In this document: in pieces, positions 43,070-58,328 of the stretch
How the letters are laid out: every line of letters begins with the position of its first letter
How positions within the stretch are numbered: position 1 is the stretch's first letter
NCBI GenBank assembly: GCA_963422265.1
Contig: OY729416.1
Location: forward strand, 992,001 to 1,056,000
Origin: Thermodesulfobacteriota bacterium
GTDB lineage: Bacteria > Desulfobacterota_D > UBA1144 > Nemesobacterales > UBA2774
DNA: 64,000 nt
Direction of reading: 5' to 3'
Position numbers and translations under genes: made by a program
Notes under the pieces: generated by a model
Databases searched by the model: none
The model's input: only the letters and a program-made list of their open reading frames with translations
Told to the model about the DNA's origin: nothing

Positions 43070-43651
43070 CTACAATATTTGTTCAATAGCTGCAATATCT
43101 GATAACCGAATAAGTAGATGTCCTCTTGCAAACACTTCTTTATTTGCACCCTCTGATAAGTATTGTGGATCGGTGATAATCACAAAATCATCATCTTTTA
43201 TATTATCCGTAAATTCTTGAACATACCCAGATAAACAGACTCCATTCTTAAGATAAATTATATAATATGATTTCGCAGTTACAGCAAAATACGAATGTAA
43301 AACTGTAGGAAATGAAGTTTTCCGCGTAACCCTAAATCTTCGCAGAATTTGAAACAATCTATCTTCATTGGCTAACTGGGAAGATACAAAACCTATAAAA
43401 ACAGGAAGTAGTAATTTCCCAACAAACAGTCCAAATTCAGGTGAGGACATTACGTTTCCCATTCCCTCTACGTTAAAGAAAACAAGCACTTTTTCTACAA
43501 AAAGAACACAACTTTTGTTAATTACAGTAAAAATCACGACATAAATAACCCCTTCAAACCTCTGAGGTTTTACATAACTGGTTAGCAAATAAAACACAGC
43601 TAACGATACAAACCCAGGCGTTAGTAGGTCAATTAAATTTATAACTTGCAA
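43070..43651 (-). CDS. DUF6338 family membrane protein
   Basis: LLTPGF, TM segments, YYIIYLKNG..LSG; divergent paralog of 6074-6664. Confidence 0.7.
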   Translation of the reverse strand: MQVINLIDLLTPGFVSLAVFYLLTSYVKPQRFEGVIYVVIFTVINKSCVLFVEKVLVFFNVEGMGNVMSSPEFGLFVGKLLLPVFIGFVSSQLANEDRLFQILRRFRVTRKTSFPTVLHSYFAVTAKSYYIIYLKNGVCLSGYVQEFTDNIKDDDFVIITDPQYLSEGANKEVFARGHLLIRLSDIAAIEQIL

Positions 43652-43688
43652 AATTGAATTTTTCTCCTTGGTGGTTAACCCTTAATCA

Positions 43689-44123
43689 AAGGAAGCATAT
43701 TGTTCCCGCAATGCGCCAATTCTTTTTCTAATAGATTGCCGAGTAGCCACAATGAACAGTTAAAAGATAGTTTTAAGTTTACAGTTTTGAGTTGACAGCT
43801 AACTAACAACTATCCACTTGATTATATCAATTCACTTGTATATGTCAATAAAGCGTGAAGAGAAGTGTTAAAGAGGGGTGTATTCACGGGTATTTTGTCT
43901 GAACTTATGAGAAGGGGAATGACGATGGAGACAAAAGAAGCCCTCACCCTGTCCCTCTCCCAGAGGGAGAGGGGAAAAGAAAGTCTAAACTGTGATTGGT
44001 AGAATTAAAGGATAGACTTTGACGACTAACCGCTGACCACTGTCACTTATTCAAATTAACCTTCATAGTATTCTAATAATCATTACTTCCCCACTCATCA
44101 GCTTAGGCAATAAGGTATCCCGA
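43689..44123. repeat. Direct repeat unit, copy 2, ending in hsdS 3'-end remnant D (RDTLLPKLMSGEV, about 44085-44123)
   Basis: Offset 1265 bp from copy 1 at its left end. Confidence 0.85.
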
Positions 44124-44156
44124 ACGATTGGAAGTATTAGCTTTTTACCGCTTAAA

Positions 44157-44921
44157 CTATGAGGCGAGCTCATTTTTAGATCGCTCTCTATCACTCCATA
44201 GAACAGGTTTGATTTCGTAGTTTTTTAGCGCATCTAATGCATTACTTGATATGTCTCGCCCACTGTCATTGATGAACGCATACGCCTTCGAATCTTCAGG
44301 ACGAACATCTTTTGTATCAACCCAATCCACTATAATTGAATCCACGCTATTACGCGTGGGATTATTGATTGTTTTAATAATTCTCTCTGGAGACTCAAAC
44401 GACTTTGTAATCAGAAAATCAAACTTTCTCGGATAGCCAGATTTTCCAATAAATGAAATGTGCGTGGAATAACGAATTTGAGAAATGTCAAGCCAGCCTC
44501 TAACATCCTCAAAGAACAAGTTAGTTACGTGCGGTTGCGCTAAGTAAAACATATCGCTTATAGCTAAAATGGATTGTATTAGGAAATGCTTTCTTATGGC
44601 GAAGTTATCTGATGTGGCATTAACTTGTAAACAATCTCCCTCTTTTGCAACTCCATATCCTGCAAGGGTTAAGTTTAGCAATTTTTGCCTTTGTGGGCTA
44701 TCCAAGGAACACCCTTCCTGCAAAAGACCTGTGATTGTGCTTCCACCATCCGTTAATAGATAACCTTGATCCGTTTTCTCAAGATATATTTGGATATAAT
44801 CGTTGTTTCTATCCAGATAAGGTGCTGTAATCTCTACCCATTTATTGCCTACGGACTTCCAAGCGGTTTTGTCTCTTAACCAACCGTAATACTGATCAAT
44901 AAGTAAATTCATATCGCTCAT
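44157..44921 (-). CDS. DUF1828/DUF1829 protein
   Basis: ITAPYLDRNNDYIQIY..LTDGG, F.GKSG...FDF.I, W.D, YAFIND. Confidence 0.85.
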   Translation of the reverse strand: MSDMNLLIDQYYGWLRDKTAWKSVGNKWVEITAPYLDRNNDYIQIYLEKTDQGYLLTDGGSTITGLLQEGCSLDSPQRQKLLNLTLAGYGVAKEGDCLQVNATSDNFAIRKHFLIQSILAISDMFYLAQPHVTNLFFEDVRGWLDISQIRYSTHISFIGKSGYPRKFDFLITKSFESPERIIKTINNPTRNSVDSIIVDWVDTKDVRPEDSKAYAFINDSGRDISSNALDALKNYEIKPVLWSDRERSKNELAS

Positions 44922-45364
44922 GTGAATAACCCTTTTCTAATAACAGGAATTGAAATGACATTACAATAAGTCATAAAATCATTGAGCGTCTGAATTTTAT
45001 CTTCTAAATTTGAAAATTTATCAGAAGGAATTTCAAATGCCCATTTTAGACCATAATTTTCTCGATAAAGATGTAAATGTCTTGCCCCGATTTCTTCTCC
45101 GTCAGGATTTATATGGGGTGGACCATCCAAGTCTAGGCGTGCCAACCCAATAACTTGCCTTGCTCTAAGGTGATGATTGCGTTTTGATAAGTTAATTGAA
45201 TACTACGTGTAATTTAGAATAAACTCTTCTTTTTTATCCTCTGACTGCAGTAGAATATGCAATTTGCCTCCCATAACAGGCATGTCTAATTCTTTACTAC
45301 TTGCAATTTTACCCATGGCAAGCAGCGCATCTCCCTCAGATTGAGTTAAAAATATGTCCGCCAT
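44918..45364 (-). pseudogene. DUF6978-like protein with in-frame TAG at 45203-45205
   Basis: MADIFLTQSEGDALL...LNYT*YSINLSK...LARLDLDGPPHINPDGE...HLHLYRE.YG.KWA. Confidence 0.75.
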
Positions 45365-45400
45365 TAAGTTGCCCTCACCTCCCTACTCATCAACTATGGA
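45364..45400 (-). pseudogene. hsdS 3'-end remnant C
   Basis: P*LMSREVRAT*; its TAA overlaps the ATG of the DUF6978-like gene. Confidence 0.6.
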
Positions 45401-45527
45401 ATTCACCAATCATAGTAATTTTGTCTGAACTATGACTCTTAGGATGAAATGATGGACTTTGACGACTAACCGCTGACCACTGTCACTTATTCAAATTAAC
45501 CTTCATAGTATTCTAATAATCATTAAA

Positions 45528-45597
45528 ATTACAGTTCAGATACTATCACTTCCCCATTCATCAGTTTTGGCAACAACGTATCGCGCAGGCTTTCAAA
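45528..45597 (-). pseudogene. hsdS 3'-end remnant B
   Basis: ESLRDTLLPKLMNGEVIVSEL*. Confidence 0.8.
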
Positions 45598-45727
45598 TAG
45601 AAGAATAGTAATTCAAGAACTATTAACGTTACTCTTAGGATGAAATATGAAAAAGCCTGCTTTTAGATCAGCCTTATAGCGAAGTTCTCAATATCAGATC
45701 ATAACTATCGCTCATTATTACTAGATA

Positions 45728-47242
45728 TTAATAAATATGTTTGAATAGTTCCACTTCTTCTTTAGAAATAACAAATGGCATTATTTTAATCTCTTCCTTG
45801 TCGATTATGTCTGCGTTACTTATTACTTCTTTTAAATCCTTTTTAAGCCAATCTGAACACCATAAATCAACTTTATTATCTAACACCTTTTTACATAGTT
45901 TCTCATCATACTTTTTAGAATCATCCACTTTTAAGGTTATCCTTTGCAACCATATTTGGAGATGACCTATGTTCGGTAGTCTTTCAAACTTTGTTACTAT
46001 TTTGTCAATTATTAATTTTATATCCTTTTGTTCTAATGAATCTACTTGTTTTAATGAACGTATGAACTTACTAAGAATGGCTATTGAGATTGGGTAAGTT
46101 TTTGGGTTCTTCATCGCAATGTCTGTCATAATACTTATAAGGACTTTTAGATTTTTACTATTTTTCACCACTATATTACTGTAAAATTTGTGTAATTCCT
46201 TGGTGACAGTCCCAGAATTCGGATACTTGTCCGCAACATCACTAATAATGTATAACTTCTCTTGTAGAGTCTTTTTCAATCCTGTTTTATTCGTTGTTAT
46301 CCAGTAAAGTTTGTCAGGTTTGATTGAAGCTTTTACCACATTGTTTGACCTTATTGCCTTGCCTTCATTGAGGTTAAATCCCAATTCCGCAAGAACTTCA
46401 GTTAGATTTTTTATTATCTTCCCTGCCGTTTGTGGATTATTAACGAATATTCTGTAATCATCTCGATATCTCAATATCTGAAAATCTTTATCTTGATCTT
46501 GTTCAGAGTTAATTTTCTCCCGTAACTTTAAGTCCGCGTACCCTAATACAATCTCAGCAACAAAATCCATCAATACGCTTCCCTGCGGTATGCCGTTTGT
46601 CTGCCCGTAAGACATTGACTGTATGGATTTATCAATCTGATTTCCAAGTAGTTTCGAATCCGTGCGTTTCTCTTTCGCACATTCTTTTCCGTGAATTGCC
46701 CATGAGATAGAATGCGTGTAAATGGAACCGTAGCAATCGGTTATATCTGTTGTGTATAAGTACTCGTAATCTAAAGCTAACTCAATTGATTTCTGTTCCA
46801 CTTCGTCAAACCAATGCGTGATTTGCTCTGCCTTGTCTGTTTGTTCACTTTCGGATACAACAGGTAAACTGAAGCATTTAATTTTTTCATTTTCTCTAAA
46901 CTTCTCAAAACGGCCTTTTAGTGTTTTCCAATTAGTTTGTTCCGTAATCTTATGGACTAAAGCAACATACAATACTGGATGGATTAGTTGAATGGGCCGC
47001 CAAGCATACTGACCACTCTTGTTGGTCAATAGCTTATGATTAACCTTTTCATAATTGCTTGGTTTACTACCATTTGATGAGTAAAAATCTTTTAAAGGTT
47101 TACCATCCAACTCTTTTGAAATATCTTTTAACAATTCGGAAAATGTAAAATATGGTGGCAAATCAAGAGTGCAGTAACTTTCCTTTTTTAAAAGAAACTC
47201 ACGCGCCTCACTTTCTAATAAATCCAGAATGCTTTTTCCCAT
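45728..47242 (-). CDS. Stand-alone defence-type reverse transcriptase (Abi/UG-DRT-like)
   Basis: DITDCYGSIYTHSI.WA, GIPQGS, YRDD catalytic motif, helical C-terminal extension. Subtype unconfirmed. Confidence 0.85.
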   Translation of the reverse strand: MGKSILDLLESEAREFLLKKESYCTLDLPPYFTFSELLKDISKELDGKPLKDFYSSNGSKPSNYEKVNHKLLTNKSGQYAWRPIQLIHPVLYVALVHKITEQTNWKTLKGRFEKFRENEKIKCFSLPVVSESEQTDKAEQITHWFDEVEQKSIELALDYEYLYTTDITDCYGSIYTHSISWAIHGKECAKEKRTDSKLLGNQIDKSIQSMSYGQTNGIPQGSVLMDFVAEIVLGYADLKLREKINSEQDQDKDFQILRYRDDYRIFVNNPQTAGKIIKNLTEVLAELGFNLNEGKAIRSNNVVKASIKPDKLYWITTNKTGLKKTLQEKLYIISDVADKYPNSGTVTKELHKFYSNIVVKNSKNLKVLISIMTDIAMKNPKTYPISIAILSKFIRSLKQVDSLEQKDIKLIIDKIVTKFERLPNIGHLQIWLQRITLKVDDSKKYDEKLCKKVLDNKVDLWCSDWLKKDLKEVISNADIIDKEEIKIMPFVISKEEVELFKHIY

Positions 47243-47246
47243 ATTG

Positions 47247-47362
47247 GCTAATTAAATCCTATCTTCACTTCCCCACTCATCAGCTTCGGTAATAGGGCAT
47301 CTCGAAGACTTTCTAGGGTGCAGATTTGGGATTAGTTATTTTCAACCTTTGAGAATATATCC
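47247..47362 (-). pseudogene. hsdS 3'-end remnant A
   Basis: IFSKVENN*SQICTLESLRDALLPKLMSGEVKIGFN*; near-identical to 56315-56390; ends just before the RT start. Confidence 0.85.
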
Positions 47363-47417
47363 AGTGCTCTCTATAGGCAAATTCAATTCTCTTATCATCC
47401 TTGAGTTCAGTCATTAC

Positions 47418-48113
47418 TTAGAATACTTTAAAATATCTTTCAAAAACTTCCCTAGTTTCCTCTGAGGTTCGTGATTTTCGAGCAGTATAAAGCTTAAGAA
47501 AAAACTCTCTGACATCTTCATCTTCTGCTATCCATATAATCTGACTGTTCTCAGTAGAAGCTTCGATCAAATCCTCTATTTGCTTATCCAAAAAATATTT
47601 CACATAATCTCTTATTTTATCAATATAACAATGCGTTGATGCAAACGAATCAGAAATAACCAGAGATTGAATTCCTCTTGCAAAATCAAAATCAGTGAAA
47701 TCGTTTATTTCCCTGGACGCAAAATCTACTTCTACAAAGGATGTTTTGTGTTCACAAGAAATCTCTATAACCCAGTTTTCTTCAATGTTTAACCAAATGT
47801 TCTTAATACAATCGCGAGAAATGTTTTCCGCAACCTCTTGCTTTAATTTACTTATGAAATATTTTTCTTTGAAATAAGTGGTAGTATGTTTTTCAAATTC
47901 CTCAAAATCTTTTACAACTCGCACCCTGTCTTGTTTGGCAAAAGCTTCCCTAAGCCTGTGACCTTTTGTCCAAAAGAACATAGTCTCATCGCCGCAGTTT
48001 TTTATGTATTCCAGAACTGTGAAATAAATATAGGCATCTTTGAATCCCTTGTCTGATACTTTGTCAAAAGGCGGTAAATGGTTCAAAGCCAACTCTTTCA
48101 TTTTTCCTATAAC
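47418..48113 (-). pseudogene. C-terminal part of a PIN-domain protein
   Basis: PPF...DKGFKDAYI motif. Lacks a native N-terminus, which lies at 55975-56295. Confidence 0.7.
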
Positions 48114-48120
48114 AGTAAAG

Positions 48121-48270
48121 TTACCCCCCCCCGCTAAGCCCACTGGTCTCAAGGCGGTGGCGGGCGACGGCCAGGTGACGCTAAGCTGGAATAATCCGAA
48201 TGGCACTACCATCTGGCAGTATCAGATCAAGCAGTGGACTGGGAATAGCGAGGCCGGGAGTTGGACTTAA
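48121..48270 (+). pseudogene. Fibronectin type III domain fragment
   Basis: PAKPTGLKAVAGDGQVTLSW.NP....I..YQ...W; no start codon; higher GC than the flank. Confidence 0.7.
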
Positions 48271-48275
48271 TGACG

Positions 48276-48304
48276 TTGACATGCGTATTAAGACTTGTTA
48301 AGAT
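48276..48304 (+). promoter_or_regulatory. sigma70 promoter of the adhesin gene
   Basis: TTGACA-N17-TAAGAT with extended TG; GGAGGG RBS at 48333-48338. Confidence 0.7.
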
Positions 48305-48343
48305 GAATATGCCATATAGTGAACAATCTCACGGAGGGATGTA

Positions 48344-54938
<6,595 letters not shown>

Positions 54939-55413
54939 GGGGGAGATGTGCTATGATTAAAAGAATTAAAGATTAAATCCCCTGCTATATCCCCCTTTTA
55001 CAAAAGGGGGGGCATTGTGTAGGGAATGAACTCTCGTCCCCCTATGCTCTATCTGGATTCCTAGTTGAGCTGGTAATGACGTGAGGGAGTGGGGTTCTAT
55101 TGACGGGGTGTTAAAAGCTGTTAGAACTAGCTATTATCTTTCATTTTCCATCTTTTTTCTGTTACTTTCTCGGCACTTTTCTTTAACTTTTCTATTCATT
55201 TTCTATCCTTTTTATCTCTTTTCTTTAACCTGGTAACCACGTCTCTATGAGGCAGGTCCTCATAATAATTTAAGCTCTCTTGGTGGTAAATATGACGTCG
55301 CTAATTGAGGTCTAATTGGAGTTTAACAGGAGATTAAAAGCATCTTCGGCAGACTTTCTGTATATACGCAAGTAATTAAAACGCCTTATCAAGTGTTTAG
55401 TGATACGGGATAT

Positions 55414-55614
55414 GGAATAAAAATGACCGGGATGCCAGCTTTCGGGATTGATCACAGCGACGAAGACATCTGGGCAATCGTAGCATTCCTCAAACGCCTG
55501 CCCGATTTAAGTCCTGAAGAATATCAGCTTATGAAAAATAGCAACATGCTATCGGGTATGGAGGGAAAGTCGGACGTGGATGATTTTGAGCATGATGAGC
55601 ATTATGGGCATTGA
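55414..55614 (+). pseudogene. Cytochrome c gene, C-terminal half (inverted)
   Basis: GIKMTGMPAFG..HSDEDIWAIVAFLKRLP. Confidence 0.75.
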
Positions 55615-55653
55615 TTGTCCGGAGAAAAGCTTGGTTAGTAATAAGCGGTCACA

Positions 55654-55974
55654 GTTCTTGGTTATCCAGAAAAGCTCTGAAGAGCTTAGCTCCTCAGCCT
55701 CTTTTGCAAGTCTGGGGGGGCTTGGATTAAACCCTTTTGCAGGTTCTGCGTTGGGGGAACCATGGCACCCTATGCACATATTCTCGTAATGGTGAAATCC
55801 GATTTCTACAAGCTCACCGTCATTGAGCCTCGGTCTCTCAATCCCATATGAGTGTTTTTTTATCGAGCGATGCTTGGCAAAGTCAAGGGTCCACTTTACC
55901 ACTATAGAATCAGGGCTAGTCGCAGCGACGTCGTAATTACCCGAATATATATATGCGGTTATACCCGCTACAAT
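55654..55974 (-). pseudogene. Cytochrome c gene, N-terminal half
   Basis: YSGNYDVAAT...CIGCH (CxxCH)...ELFWITKN. Confidence 0.75.
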
Positions 55975-56295
55975 AGAGTCTGCGTCTTCCAATTTAATTA
56001 CACTAAATGTAAAGTTCTCGTTATTTAGTAGATCAGAAATAAAACCCTCAATGTCAAATTTTTTGGTCTGATATTCGTTGACCTGCATTAAAGAACGAAA
56101 AATGTTTGATAAAAAAGAATCTCGCTGTAATGTGAGACTTTTCCTTTTGCAAATCTTTATTTCCTCAATTACCATTTCTGGAATAATAATATCCGCCACC
56201 TGTGCAAAACTTTGCAGTTCTGTTCTCCCTCCCAGAAAGTTTTGGACATCTTTGTTATTTGCAATACTTGTATCAACAATTACTTTGAAATCCAT
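55975..56295 (-). pseudogene. N-terminal part of the PIN-domain protein
   Basis: VIVDTS and IIIPEMVIEEI PIN motifs; starts just after the hsdS stop and is fused in frame to cytochrome sequence. Confidence 0.7.
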
Positions 56296-56302
56296 ATTAC
56301 TC

Positions 56303-57745
56303 TTAGCTCTCTATTATCACATCCCCACTCATCAGCTTCGGTAATAGGGTATCTCGCAGACTCTCTAGGGTGCGGATTTGGGATTGGTTAGTTTGGGATT
56401 TGTGAAATATAGGATTCACCACGCTATTGAATCTAACTAAAGTGTTTATATCAGGTTTAGGTACTTTGATTTCCATTATACTACCATTATTAACATCTGG
56501 TTGGACTGTCCCACTTATTAAACTATCTTTGACGTTCTGAAAATCCTGACTATAGACAAAACACCAAATATAATAATGGCTCTCTTCCGTTGTTTTTAAT
56601 CCCGCAAAGCCCGTTGATAAAACCGTATCGGCAACTGATTGTTTTGAAAATGCGTCAAACATCAAAACTTTCCTGACCCCTCCTTTTTTGGCAAACCACA
56701 CTGAATAATCTACTGGTTGCATATTTGCTCTAGAGGGTCTGCTACCATATGTTATCTTAGTACCCATACCTTGGATTTTCCCTCCCTGCACATCAGCGGT
56801 TGCAATATATGTTTTCTCTCCTTCAAATTTATGTATTCCACTACTCATTATTTTTGATAACTCAGAGTTGCCGAGAGATACTTCCTCCCACCCTTCATCT
56901 CTATCCTCCACAAAGTACTTTCTGAACAGGGTTTGTGCCATGTTTTCTAGTGTTTTGTTTTGGCGGTAGAGAAGTTCTATTGTGTCGTCAAGACTGGATA
57001 ATACTTCGGCAATCGCCTTTTGTTTGGGAAGTGGGGGGAGAAAAACTTCCAAATTTTCAATATCAGACTTACTGATTGATGAAAAAATACTTCCAGATGA
57101 ACTGCTGTTAAATTGATTTGCAGAAAATTTGAGCAAATAAAAAAGAAAATCTCGCTCACCACTTCTCATTCTCAGTCCAGCATTTCCCCGACCAATAGAG
57201 CATTTCTGCCTCGTGAAATTGACATCACCAACTGGTGCTCGCACGCTTAGCAAAAGGTAGTTGGGCTCTATAACCTTCTTGGGACTAGAACAATAGACTC
57301 TTGGGGTAACGTATCTATAACCAAAATCAACTACACCTTGATAAAATGGTAATCCTTCTCCATTTTCATTATAAGTTTCGGATTTTGGAGACTGCCCCAT
57401 AATTACATCCACAACCTCCCCCAACCTCACTTCTCGCCAACCTTTCCTATAAATAGTAATTCCATATCTATCAATGTGCTTCTTCACTTCAGGGCTGGTT
57501 ATGCTCTCATAAGAAACAAAGTCAAAGAAGAAAAGCAAATTGGTATCTTCCTCAAAACAAGTTTTGAGTTTTGCTGCAAGTGAGTAGTCTGCTTCTTTTT
57601 CTTTGATAGCAATATCCACATCAGAGGCTTCCTTAAATGTATCCATAGCTCTTGACCCAAAGAGTACCGCTTCATCAATTTTTTTGTATGTAGAAATGAT
57701 TTTGATAATTTCGTTCAGTTGAGATTCTGAAAGCCCATATTTCAT
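56303..57745 (-). CDS. hsdS: Type I specificity subunit with N-terminal minimal nucleotidyltransferase domain
   Basis: Residues 1-100 contain LFGSRA...SDVDIAI; then W....LG TRD1, PPLPKQKAIA..L..LD conserved helix, TRD2, LRDTLLPKLMSG. Confidence 0.92.
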   Translation of the reverse strand: MKYGLSESQLNEIIKIISTYKKIDEAVLFGSRAMDTFKEASDVDIAIKEKEADYSLAAKLKTCFEEDTNLLFFFDFVSYESITSPEVKKHIDRYGITIYRKGWREVRLGEVVDVIMGQSPKSETYNENGEGLPFYQGVVDFGYRYVTPRVYCSSPKKVIEPNYLLLSVRAPVGDVNFTRQKCSIGRGNAGLRMRSGERDFLFYLLKFSANQFNSSSSGSIFSSISKSDIENLEVFLPPLPKQKAIAEVLSSLDDTIELLYRQNKTLENMAQTLFRKYFVEDRDEGWEEVSLGNSELSKIMSSGIHKFEGEKTYIATADVQGGKIQGMGTKITYGSRPSRANMQPVDYSVWFAKKGGVRKVLMFDAFSKQSVADTVLSTGFAGLKTTEESHYYIWCFVYSQDFQNVKDSLISGTVQPDVNNGSIMEIKVPKPDINTLVRFNSVVNPIFHKSQTNQSQIRTLESLRDTLLPKLMSGDVIIES

Positions 57746-58149
57746 AATTCTTTTTTTAGATAGTGATATAAATCTCTGACAATGGCAAAATAGGTTGCGT
57801 TAATAAAAGTGAGCACCTCTTTTAAGATTTCAGGATGATAAATATGACTAGTCTTATTGCGTTTATTTAGAGCTTCTAACCACTCTTCAGCATTGCTGAT
57901 GATTTCTGCCTGAAAAGCTTGTCGTAGGACTTTTTTGGGAGTTCCCAGTTGGCTATAGCCAGAATTTTCCAAATAGTCCTTGAGTGTTTTCCATGAAAGC
58001 TCTATCAATATCTTATAGCTTTGAACAAGAGACATTTGATAAGCTTCATTGTCTTGATTCTGCTCATACTCTTCCTGTCTTCGACAAAAGACTTTAAAAG
58101 ATTTTTCAAAGTTCTGAAACCTCTGTTTCCATCTGTCTTCGTTGTTCAT
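57742..58149 (-). CDS. HEPN protein (HI0074 nucleotidyltransferase substrate-binding family)
   Basis: RWKQRF.NF, ELSWKTLKDYLE, RNKTSH (Rx4H); ATAA/ATG overlap with hsdS. Confidence 0.9.
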   Translation of the reverse strand: MNNEDRWKQRFQNFEKSFKVFCRRQEEYEQNQDNEAYQMSLVQSYKILIELSWKTLKDYLENSGYSQLGTPKKVLRQAFQAEIISNAEEWLEALNKRNKTSHIYHPEILKEVLTFINATYFAIVRDLYHYLKKEL

Positions 58150-58328
58150 CTCTGTCCTCTTTTGTAAGCTTCATTAGGATAACCAGAAATTATATTATTA
58201 AACGGAAGCAGTTCCTGCATAAGAACCCTTTGCGCTTTCGTGTTTTTAGCAATATACGCTGGCTGATAGACTTAACAGCCACTTATCCAAACCTTACATC
58301 TCGACAGCCTTTTGGTCGTGCTTGCGTA

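Noticed and set aside
3055-47242. Diversity-generating retroelement (Avd-like four-helix protein plus RT)
   Set aside because: The genes are over 42 kb apart, the RT has PQGS rather than the DGR SQ-type motif, and I saw no repeat pair differing mainly at adenines.
42424-47362. CRISPR array or classical integron attC sites
   Set aside because: The repeats are irregular in length and spacing and translate as hsdS or fic ends. No cas or intI gene is present.
47243-47420. Retron msr-msd upstream of the RT
   Set aside because: The space is occupied by an hsdS remnant; no a1/a2 inverted repeats and no VTG motif are evident.
47418-48270. ORFs 47418-48212 (-) and 48040-48270 (+) as intact genes
   Set aside because: Each crosses the insertion junction and joins PIN and FN3 sequence from opposite strands.
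55135-55230. Pyrimidine-rich tract
   Set aside because: Reads as a stop-interrupted Lys/Glu-rich gene remnant on the minus strand; no function can be supported.
55549-56295. 248-aa ORF as a genuine PIN-cytochrome protein
   Set aside because: Better explained as an accidental fusion of two broken genes; it has no export signal for haem attachment.
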